Assembly (NCBI RefSeq): GCF_015852565.1 | Contig: NC_136205.1 | Span: 3,066,707 to 3,130,706, forward strand | DNA length: 64,000 nucleotides | Direction of reading: 5' to 3' | Origin: Branchiostoma floridae | Taxonomy: Eukaryota | Shown: positions 34,901 through 46,900 of the stretch, piece by piece | Layout: each line of letters begins with the position of its first letter | Position numbering within the stretch: the stretch's first letter is position 1 | Notes under the pieces: model-generated | Databases searched by the model: none | What the model saw: only the letters and a program-made list of their open reading frames with translations | Told to the model about the DNA's origin: nothing | Made by a program: the position numbers and the translations under genes

Positions 34901-37900
34901 TTATCTTGTATTACGTAACACTTTGAAAATTGTTTGGCTGAAAGGCTGATATAAAATCAAACTATTATTAAATAAACTGTTTTCTTCCCCTCTGTAGGTT
35001 GTTGTGTTGCAGTCCTATAAGAATGAAAACAATGTTGCCATCGAGGCCAAGTACGTGTTCCCGCTAGATGACATGGCGGCTGTTGTCGGGTTTGAAGCAT
35101 TCATCAACGGGAAGCACGTGGTCGGAGAGGTGAAGGAAAAAGAGGAGGCACATCGCGAGTACCGACAGGCGATCAGCGAGGGACATGGTGCTTACCTCAT
35201 GGACGAAGAAACTCCTGTAAGATTCTTGATGACTTAAATTCAACAGTTATTTTTGCAGTATTAGTACTGTTAGTAGTATTTTGTGTAATAGCATTGTGGG
35301 TAAAACTGTTTGCTTTGTATTTGAGATTTTGTGTGTTCAAACCCCAGGTGAGTCATAATAGAGAATTTTGAAGAAATTATGTCATACAGTTTGATGCAAA
35401 AGAATGTGTACTGCCTTATACAGAGTTTTGGGTCACAACAAAATAGCAATATACAAGAGGGCCAAGTAAGTATCCTGGTGGAACCCCAACCCTAGACCAT
35501 ATATCTTTTGACAAGAAAAACTAAGTTTCCACTGGTCAGTCTGTGAATGTTTTACTACCTTCTTGTCACTGCGCCAACAAACAATGTTTCAGTGTCAAAG
35601 AGGTACATTCAATGACACATATCTTTTACATACAGTGACAATTGTTATGATTTGTGTTTTTCTAGGATGTGTTTACAGTGAGTGTAGGGAACCTGCCCCC
35701 CAGAGCCAGTGTACTGATCAAGATCACCTACGTCGCTGAGCTGGCAGTGGAGGGAGAAAACATCTGCTTCAGACTGCCTGGCAGCGTCGCTCCCTGGCAG
35801 GTGTGTTTGTCTAGAACTTTGTTACCATGGCAACAAGACGTTGTTATCTCCGTGTACGAATGATTCATTCTGTTTTTTTTATATTCTTGGTGTCCGTAGT
35901 TATTTGAATACACTGTCAGTAGATTTTGAGTGTCAGGAAGTGAGTGGGAAAATGGTGTCACAGTGTAAACTTGGGAGAGTGACAGTTCATGAAAGTATCA
36001 GACATGACAGGTCATCGGGTCAATGGAAGAGGCTACTAATTTCACGGGGAGACTATTTTTTTGTCTGTGTATTTGCAGTTATGCATTTTCCACATGCAAG
36101 TCACACTCACTATAGAGTAACAGGAAACAATCATTATTTAATGGACATATAATAAATGTAATAAGGACTTCGAACTCTTGTTTTGGATGTTGAGATAATA
36201 TGTACATTGTATAATGTTTGTTTGATCACAACTAAGATTATTCAAAGATTTTTTAAGCTTAGATTTTCCACCAACAGAAAGATTCACTCTCTGAGAAGAT
36301 CCAAAAGGACCTGGAAACTGTCAAGGTGGAAAAGGATGCTGGGAAAGAATTCTCCCTCCAGGTCGCCATGGAGATGCCCTTTGACATCAGGACCATCCAA
36401 TCACCATCTCACAAAATCAGAGTGAAGGTAGAAATTACTTCCATGACCTGTTTTGACTCAGCCAAGGCACTCTGTTTCTTTGTCACTAACCATTCTGTTA
36501 TAATTACAAAATGTACTTTGAAAATGCTGATGAGCTTTTGCAAACAAAACAATAAAAACAGTCTTGAAAACAATTATCCAATCAGAGGACTAGATTTTTT
36601 TTAGAATGTTCCTAAATAATGTATTGCATGCTCAGAAATGATTAATGTCATCTCTGACTACTGAGGGCATAATTTTTGTCCTGTAATTTTCTTTGATTTT
36701 TCTTGCTATCCTCTTATATTTTATGAATATACTATTAGATGATAAAGCAGTGGTTTGATAATAGATATTACTTCATTCCTCAGTTATGAATTTAGATGAA
36801 ATGGTTATCTGTGTGTAGGGTCAGAGAACGACTCGGCATAATTATAAGTTTCTCTTTATCCCCACCAATCAGAGGACAGCAAGCAAGGCTGTAGTGGAGC
36901 TGGAGAAGAACTGCATGCTGGGAGCTGGTTTCCTGCTGCAGGTTGGGCTGGCTGAGATCCACGTACCCAGGATGTGGGCGGAGCGGCACCCTGACAAGGA
37001 CAGCCAGGTTTGTTGGTTTGTTTGAACTTTAGCATGAAAGCTCATCTGTGTTGGTATAATCGATACTGAAGGTTTTTAATTGTCATTCAACACAAGAAAT
37101 TGCTCTCCTCGAATTTTCGGTAGCACATCCGTCAACCTTTGACAGGAGTGGTGGTTCAATTACTCTAAACATGTGATGTAGGAACACGAATGAAGAATCG
37201 TAGATGCTTGGCAAGCGGTATCGGCCCCCGTCTCTGTTAAGTGTCGGCTAGTGTGATCTTATGTGTATGGCCTCCTTTACCCCCCTCGCGAAGTAATCCG
37301 GTTCAGTATCCAATATTTGTGCTTTGTTTTAACTTTGTTTCTTCATAAAAGCTCAAATTGTCCTGCAGGCTGCTTTTCATTGAGGTCATGAGGGAAGAGA
37401 CAAGGGTCAGACTAAGTGTATAACAGAGATACAATACAGTTAATGATGATATGCATTCTTTGATTAATATCATCATATAGCAGGATATCAGTTGATGATA
37501 CTCTTTCCTCTTTTTATTTGAGGGACTGAAAAAGTCACAAAGTTGTGTTTAAGGGTTGAACTATGCCATCTCTTTTTTTAAACCCTCTTCATTATACACA
37601 GGACTGTGAGGGTCAACAAGTTATACTAAGTCTTATGTGGGGGTGAAGTCTGCTATCTCTAATGATTTTACTTAAAAAAAATCTGTTCATACACAGGCCT
37701 GTATGCTGACCTTCTACCCAGAATTCCAAGCAGAGGTTATGCAGGGTCATGAGGTCATCCTCCTCTTGGACGGGTCCAACTCCATGCGGGGGTCAGCTCT
37801 GGAGGCAGCCAAGAAAGTCGCCCTGCTCTGTCTGTGCCATCTACCAAAGGAATGTAGCTTTAACGTTGTTGCTTTTGGCACAGGTGTGTTCTTAATCATT

Positions 37901-40900
37901 TTCATTTTGAAAACAGATTTGCAATGGAATATGATTCTATTTAACTTTCTTTGGTGCTGATTGGCTATCACACGATGCGGTCTCATTTCAAATGATTCTA
38001 TTTACCTTTCCTTGGTGCTGATTGGCAATCACATGAGGCATTCTCATTTGAAATAATTTTATTTACCTTTCATTGGTGCTGTTTTGCAGATTTGTAACGG
38101 AATACAAAATAGTCTGAAGCTTCTGTACGTTGGTGCAGTCGCTGTAGAAGAGCAATTTGAAAGAGTGCTCAACAAATTTCATCGATGAAATATCAAACGT
38201 TTGATAGGATATAGCCCTTATTCATGTCCTTGTTAGGTATTGTGATGTAACTAGTTTTTCTTTATAAACTTTACAAATTCCATTTTGTAGGATATGAGGA
38301 ACTGTTTGCTGTGAGCCAGTCCAGAACCAAGTCCAATGTCTCTAAGGCTGAAACCTTTATCCAGGTATAGTCTTCATCTCATTGTTATTGAGCATTATAA
38401 CTTATCCCATGTAACTGTCTTTCAAGGTTTATTAGGCAAGAAAACAGTATACTGTTCCTTTTTGTTTGCCATTCTAATGAAATCTTGTTTCATCTGTCCT
38501 TGGTGCTGATTGGCTGTTGCATAGGTAGTCTTCTCCTATGTAATGATTATAAACTTATCTTACCTTGGTGCTTATTGGCTGTGACATAAAGAAGTCCTCT
38601 TTCAAATGATTCTATTTCATCTTTCCTTGGTGCTGATTGGCTATCACATAAGGTGGTCTCATTTCAAATGATTCTATTTCATCTTAAGTTGGGTTCTGAT
38701 TGGCTGTGACATTAAGCAGTCTCCTTTCAAATGATTATATTCTATCTCTCCTTGGTGCTGATTGGCTATTACATGAGCAGTCTCATTTCAAATAATTTTG
38801 TTTTATTTAGTTAATGCTGATGGCTTGGAATTTAGGCAGTCTTCTTTCAGATGGTTCTATTTTATTTCTCCTTGGTGCTGATTGGCTATCACATGAAACA
38901 ATCTCATTTCAAATGATTCTATTTCATCCTACGTTGGTGCCAATTGACTATCACATGAGGCGGTCTCATTTCAAATGATTATATTTCATCTTACATTTTA
39001 CTGATTGGCTGGAACTTGAGGCAGTTTCTTTCGAGTGATTTTATCTAGCTTTCCTTGGTTCTGATTTGCTATCATCTCATGCAATGTTATTAAAACTAGT
39101 CTATTTTATCTCTCCTTGGTGCTGATATGCTATCACGTTGTGTAGTCTTTTATCTAAGTACTAGTTTTATCCCACCATTTATACTGAATGTCTCTTGGAT
39201 AATCCCATTTGATATCTGATTTCTCTTCCCTTACTAAATATCAAAACACAGCAAACCATACACTTTTTGTAGGTGATTTTCAGTAGTGATACATTTGACA
39301 AGAAAGCCATAGAAAGAAAAATGTTCTTACCAATTTCTGCAATTATTTTATCAGAATGTCAAAGCATCCAAGGGAAACACAGATGCATGGAGACCCCTGC
39401 GTGGGTTCTTCCTGCTTCCGCCGTTGGGTAAAACACGGAACGTGTTCCTCATCTCTGACGGACATGTGAACAACCCTGACCAGACTCTGAGCGACATCCA
39501 CCAACATTACCAGGAGACTAGGGTCTTCAGCTGTGGTGTGGGGTAAGGACAAATCTCACAAGATTTTGTGTACTATTCCTTGAACCTTGAACCTTGACCA
39601 TTCAAGATTCAAGATATAACAAATTGATCCTGACTGTCCGTAATAATTAGCAACCAATGACACTACTGGGAGACAAGGGTCTTCAGCTGTGGGGTGGGGT
39701 AAGAATGCATCTCACAAGATTTTGTGTACTGAACTTGATTCTACTGGAAGATACATTTGTAAGTCAATGTGTAACAACAGACAGATCCTGGCTGTCCATC
39801 ACAATTAGCAGTTTAACCAATGATGGTATGGTAATTAGTGTTTAGATTGGCTGCAGTCTCGCAGACATTTGCATTTTTCTGTTTTATATCCTATCTTCTG
39901 CTGGAGGTGGATGGGGCTATATGAGATTGGTCTACTGGTTAAGATTTGGAGACTTACTTCATGACTTTTTAGTTACTTTTGTCACTCTTTTTCAACAATA
40001 ATAATATGTAAGATGGAAATAGAACAATTGAACATCACAAAGTCTGTAGAACTCATATGAAAATGATTAGTTACAGAGATTGCCTTCCAACATAGCAACC
40101 TTCCATTTTTTTTTCATGTAGAATGTAGCAACAACACAATAATTCTTGATGCTTGTTTTTAGGTCAACTTCCAACAAACATTTGCTGCGAGCCTTGGCCA
40201 GGGTGGGAGGGGGCGCCTTTGAGTATTTTGATGATAAAACCAAATCCAAGTGGGAAAAGAAGGTAAAGTCTATCATTTTATATCATGAACATGTAATATG
40301 TTTCATCGTTTCCCATAAAGTTTGCATTGCATGTATATCTTAATCTATATTGTCATTTATCAATAATTACTTTTAATACTCAATTTCATATACTTTATTA
40401 GGCTTTTATGCATTTTGTTATTTATGTATGAATATCAAAACACATAATTCATTACATACTCTCAGGCATACTTTCATACACATGTGCACACATAATTTTT
40501 ATACAAACACACAAACATACACATAGGCACAGAGACACAAACACACACACACACACACACACATACACACACCACTAAGGTCATCTAAGGTCAGGACACA
40601 CATACCTATATGGTATCAAGTTACATATACTAGGGCAGTATGCAACGGAAAGGTATATAAGTGCGAACTTTGTGTCAGCCTCAAACCTCAGAAGATATTG
40701 AATGTGCACAGCAAAACTGGTTTGGCTGACCAGCTAAAAGTTACACACTGAAACTTGTAGCTCCAGATGTCTTACTGAGGGATGACTGCAGTGCAAAATA
40801 TGTTGGTAGCTTAAAGAATGAGTCCACTCAACTTTATACATAATACACACAACACACATAGGTACACAGACACAAACACACACACATACACACACACACA

Positions 40901-43900
40901 CACACATGCACACACATGCATGTACAATCATGTGTACACTGAGAAGATATTAAAGCAAAGCTTAAACCTCAAGTTTACTGTGTTTGATATAGTGACTAAT
41001 ATACATGTAGATGTATCTAAAACCCTGTCAAATTCCTAGGTGAAAGCCCAGCTGTGGAAAGCTGCCCAGCCCGGCCTGACGTCCATGTCAGTTGATTGGC
41101 AGCAGTGGGATGATGATGCCCCGCCTCCTGTCCAGGCCCCCAATCAGATCGTCTCTCTCTTCAACGGTTTCCGTCAAGTGGTGTATGGCTACGTCCCACA
41201 CTGCACTCAGGTCAAAACATTCCAATATACATGTAGTACCTGTCAACTTGTAAACCTGAGTCTGTAAACTTGTAAAATGCAAAACTTTGTACTAATTTGT
41301 ACCAGGTCTCAATGTTGTGCTCTTTGGAATTTAGGCACAATATCCACACTCATCAGAATGAATACCACAGTATCCATTTTTATTAGAATGAATACCTAAC
41401 TGTTGTTAGTGTCACTAAAATGAGTGATGCTGAAGAAGAGTGATGGATGTCACTTGAAATGTCCGTTTTTTTATCCAGTTGTTGGGATTGAATTGTATTT
41501 GAATATTGTTTACCTGGGTGTCCAACCTTCATAAAGGACTTCTCAAACTAATCTGAAACATGGCTAATCATTCTAAAATGAAAAAGTTTGTAATTGAAAT
41601 TACTGTAAATGTATTTAAGTTCGCGGCGATTTAATTTTGCGGGAGTGGGAAATGGACTTTTCACCGTGGTTTTAATTTTGCAGTAACACCATAGACTACA
41701 GTCTAATACCATAAAGAAAAATGTTCGCGGTGGTTTTAAGTTTGCGGTGAGGTGGTCTCCGCGAAAACAGCTAGCATTAATCCACCACGAACATTTCTGC
41801 ATTTACAGTATTGTTTTTATTTATTCCAGGCCACCCTGAAGGCTGTCATCAACAACCGGGAAATCAGCACCATGGTCTCCACCACTGAACTCAGCATCAC
41901 CACAGGCAAGGTGGGACAGGTTTTTGGCTACACCTCTGGGGTGGAGGCCATATTTCTTTTTAATAGCTGGGATTATTTCCTGTAACCAGGCATTTTAATT
42001 TGTTTGTTGATTGTTTATTTAAGGATTGAGACCTATACTAAACATACATGAGCAAAAGAGAAATAAAGCAACAGCTGCAGTAACAACACAGAATAAGAAC
42101 ATTCATACAACATTTTGGCAACTGTCTGTCACCTTCCTCAGAGCAATTCTGAGGGCCACTACACATTTTAGCTAAGGTGTCGCTGCTAGCAATGCACGTT
42201 AGGAACTATGACAGCCATTTATGCGTTCCCAAATATAACATTATACATATAACATATATTGATCACAATGATTGTTGTCATATATAAAATTACAGATGCC
42301 GACAGTCAGTAGATCCTGGTTGTGAATAAAAAAAATGTTACATTATAATAGTGATTTTCCAACCTGACTAAATGATTCAAAGGACTAACCACACAGTTTT
42401 GTCCCAGATCCTGCACCAGCTGACGGCCCGTGCTGTCATCAGAGACTGGGAGGACGGGACCCTGCATGCAGACAGGATGCACCATGAGGTCAGCGTGTTC
42501 TAAATCCTGACATTGAGAATCAGTGTGGTATTCCTCATGTCATGTGTGGCTGTGCTGGGTGGTTGTCTTTGTAGTACCGTAGCACAGTTTTCGTTGCTCA
42601 TTTGTACATTCTGCGGTCATGATCTTCTAATGGTTGATAGGTCTTTGGCTCATGAAAAAGTGGTATAATTTTGGGCCCTCTGGCAGCTTTTTTTAAACTG
42701 TAGGAGGCGATGTTTGAAAAAAAGAGTAAGGCAGGTAGGGGTTGACGGATTGTCACAATTTTTGCTATGTAGATGGCTTAAGAGATAATTGACATACTTA
42801 GTTGGCTTGTGTAAAGGGGTATAGTTTGGGGCTCTTTGGCAGCTTTTTTTGTAACTGCAGGAGCAGGATCTTCATGAATTTTGGTTAAAAAAAAACTTTG
42901 TAGATGGCTTTAGAGATAATTGACATGCTTATCTTTCTCTCTTTTTTTCCAGACAAAGAAAATGGGTCTGAAGCCGTACATTATCGACCTTAGTAAGGAG
43001 TACTCCATCGTCACACAGTTCACCAGCTTTGTAGCTGTGGAGAAGCGGGAAAAGGTGAGAAAAATTTTGGTGACACCAAGGGAACAGAACTTGTACTTGT
43101 AACAGTTACTGTAAGTGTGGAAATAACTCATAAGCCAGAGCGAAAAAAAAAAAAATCCATGAAAACAAAAATTCTGCCAAACCACAGGACTAAACATCCA
43201 GACCATTTTTTCCCAGGCTTGGTTTGTCTTATGGTCCACATCCAGTAAACCTGTAAGATACAATCATCGCCATTTCAATAAATATTTATTCATTTATTGC
43301 TATTCTTGTTCAAAGAGGGGAACGCCCCATGCCCTGACCATTTGCCCCCTTACCCTGAGGAGCGGATCCTCTGACAGTTATAAAATTCTGATTAACCAGG
43401 GGTAGTTTAAGGACAAACGTGGGCATAGTTTGTTTGTTTTTTGAGAAAAGGGGAAAAGCAACACACTCACGGATGTTATTCATAGAATGAAGTCAGTGTG
43501 GCCTATGACATAATGATTGTTTGATGCAGGATGAAGATCTGACTACCGGTGAGGGTCCAAGCATCACAGAACTGGTGGAAAAAGAGAGTGTGGACATCCT
43601 ATCCTACATGGGATGGGAGAGGGACAAAGGGGAAGAGGAGGCAGAGGAAGTGTATAAGGTATGAGCCAAATTAAAGTGGAATTTTGGCTTGCTTTAAAAT
43701 GAAAGATTTTTGTGAAGAAAATCAAGTACGTGTGCCTTAAATTTTTTGACTGGACATCGCATAGTTTCTTGTATTCAATTTCTAGAATAAAGTGCTTGAT
43801 GGACAGATCACAGAAAAGGCCATTGAACACAGCTTGGAGTTCTACACCACTGCAGTGGAGACTGCAAAAAGGGAGCTTCCCCCAACCCATCCAACAGTGT

Positions 43901-46900
43901 TGCAGTCACAGCTCTCTTTGGCAATGTTTTATCACAACAAATTGAATATGCAGGACAAGGCCTGCCTGGTTGCAAAGGCTGCCTTTGACGATGCGATCGC
44001 GGAGTTGGATACTCTGAGCAAGGAAAGCTACAAGGACTCGACCTTGGTGATGCAGCAGTTGAGAGACAACTTGACATTGTGGTCTGCTGAGGACGGGGAA
44101 GAAGAGAAAAAAGCCAACGAAAAGAAAAAGGTCCTTATTCCTAGTGTCAACCATAGCTCACTTTGGCTAATCAACCTTCTCGGATGAAGCCCATCTTACA
44201 TACCCAACCATGGCCTCGCGACCTTCTCCAGACCATGGTTGGGAGTTAAGCCCCTGTCACACATAGCCGACCATGCCCTCCCAACCTTCTTCAGACCATG
44301 GTCAGGAGTTAAGCCCTTGTCTTACATACCTGACCATGGCCTCCCAACCTTCTCCAGACCATGGTCAGGAGTTAAGCCCTTGTCTTACATACCTGACCAT
44401 GGCCTCCCAACCTTCTCCAGACCATGGTCAGGAGTTAAGCCCTTGTCTTACATACCTGACCATGGCCTCCCAACCTTCTCCAGACCATGGTTGGGAGTTA
44501 AGCCCGTCTTACATACCCAACCATGGCCTCGCGACCTTCTCCAGACCATGGTTGGGAGTGAGACCATCAGTAATTTGGACCAGACCAAACTTGGCAAAGT
44601 CATATTCTTCTAAGGTGCAAGCAGATTGGTAAAATGGAATATGGTTGGTAGCAAGTCATTGAAAGGTCCTGAATTTGTGACAGGGGATGTGACTAGTACA
44701 TAATTTTGCATGGAAACGGGAATAGACCGACTGAGTGTGCTTGTTAAAACTAAGAGTAGATTATCTTCAAGACCAGAATCTTCAAATTACCAATTGAATT
44801 TATCATAACTTTTCTATATTTGATGTTGTCAACAGGTCATAGAGGAAGTTTATTATGAAGAGGTTTTAATGGGAGGTAAGATACCAATTAATCTTTAATT
44901 TACATTTAGTTTAACCTTGTATTAAGTTGGAATTTATTGAATGGTTGATCATGAGATTTCAACACCAAGGACTCTATTGAAATGCACATCTTGATTTTGT
45001 TTTGGTATTTTTATTTTCCAACTTCTAGACTTGGATGATTTTGACATGGAGGACCCTGAGTATCTAGAAATGGGAGGTGCTGGTGTTTCCTCCAGCACAG
45101 AGGAGACAGAATCTGATGACTCGTGGGGATCAGATTCAGATCTAGATGAAGAGAGTGAATGTGAGGAAGGTAAGAAACTAGTTGGAAATCTTTAACGATG
45201 TATCTGCCCATCATTGCCAATCATCATCATCATATCTTGTCGCTCCATCTCCTTATCCAGCTGCGGGCTGCCTCATTGGCCTCTCTTAAGCTAAGGGCAC
45301 AACCTGCCGTACATACAATTTGTCTGTATGTTTTTTTAGGCCACGTTCCCCACATATGTCTGGAAACGCTTCGTCCGTACTGGCACATAGGGGGGCAAAT
45401 CCGCAGCCCGAGGGCACACAAAGTTTTGCCTGCACGTAAAGTTCTACAGCGTGTCTGCGTGCTCCGTCGGATTCTCTACGAGTTTGTATGGAGGCGGTAC
45501 TTACCACTTACGGATCCCAAAAGATTGCCCACGTATTTGCATGTACAGCGGGCTGTGCCCTTAGCTTTAGGTCACTGTCCGAGCAGGTTGGGCCAAGTTC
45601 ACAGTTTTGTAACAGATGTTGTATTGTTTGCAGCTCTGCTCAGTATGGGCAGGCTGCACTTGCAGATTTGTCCAATTTCATTTCCAATAACGTTTTCCCT
45701 AGAGTTTTGTTTATTTGATGTTTTTGGTTTTGATGTTGCTTAGACTGGAGATGGTTCGCTAGACCTAGTGGTTGACCAGTCAGGTTTGACTCACTGTGGA
45801 CTGCATATTTACTTTTGAATTATTCTATTGTAAATGCCCATATGGTTGTTTTATGTTCACAGTTTCACTGTTGCCGCTTTACCACATACTCAAACCACTA
45901 GGAACATTTCTCCATGACAGTAAATTGTTGCTACAGTATATGGTGCTATTGCATGTGAACTCAAAAAGTCCATTTTCCTGCTTCTGCAAAATCAGATCCC
46001 TGCAAACTTAATTGCATGTACTGTATCTTGTTCACAGGAGGTAAGGAAACAGTAAGAAAGAAAGATTCATCATCACCAGAGGAGGAAGAGAGTGAAGAAG
46101 AGATGGGGTTTGGATTGTTTGATGATGGTGAAGGTAGGATGGCAGGTGAGATGGTAGAGTACTGTAAATCTTGAGATGCATGGTTTTCATGGTGACATCT
46201 CCACCATGATACAATCGCCATACAAACAGCCCGGCTGGGCCCTGGGTTATAGAAATGTGACTTAGTCCTTACTGTTACCTAGTTTAATAAAAGAGACAAC
46301 GAAAAAGAACTGCAGTCAAAAATCATACTTTTGACACTTTTTGTTGGGCTCCGTTTTTCAAAGACACTAACTCTTGAATCTTTCTATTTCTTCAACAGCT
46401 GCTGATGAAAAAGAGGGTTCTCCTCTTGCTGATACTTATCAGATGAAGGCTAATGCCTTGCAATTGGAAAAAGGTCGATTTGCATCTCCCATGAGGTCTA
46501 GATCAAGGTCAAGGTCAGATAAACATTCCTCTCCAGCATACAGCCCGACATCTCCAGCATATAGCCCAGCATCTCCAGCATATAGCCCGACTTCACCTAC
46601 TGAGGAAGCCACAGAGGCTGAGTACACAAAGCCTAAACCTCTAGCTCGGAAAATGGCACCAAAACGGGTCGAAAAGGAGAAGGCACCAAGCCCACACTTC
46701 TCAAAGATGTCTGCAACGTTCTTGACCCGAGAATCTGAAAGGGGAAAGTCCTCATACAGAGTGTCAGATGAAGTTCAGGCTCGTGTAGATCGCCTTGATG
46801 ATCTAGTAGAAAAAGCTGATGCTCTTAGTGCACAAGCTGCAATATTTGGTGCTTCAACAACCATTTCTAAAGATGATGGCCTCTTTGCCGGTTCAACAGA

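Noticed and set aside
37925-39175. Regularly spaced approx. 60-bp direct repeats, considered as a possible CRISPR-like array
   Set aside because: Eukaryotic intronic context. The repeats are contiguous and degenerate, with no unique spacers, so this is a minisatellite. No prokaryotic features occur anywhere in the window.
44239-44632. 124-aa and 119-aa ORFs through the 63-bp minisatellite
   Set aside because: They are open only because the period is a multiple of 3. No acceptor joins them in frame to exon 30, whose read-through stops at 44185-44187.
45198-45743. 181-aa plus-strand ORF in the intron between PARP4 exons 32 and 33
   Set aside because: It overlaps an inverted-repeat (MITE-like) segment and has no homology I recognise. 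It is in phase with neither flanking exon, and a well-supported exon chain exists without it.
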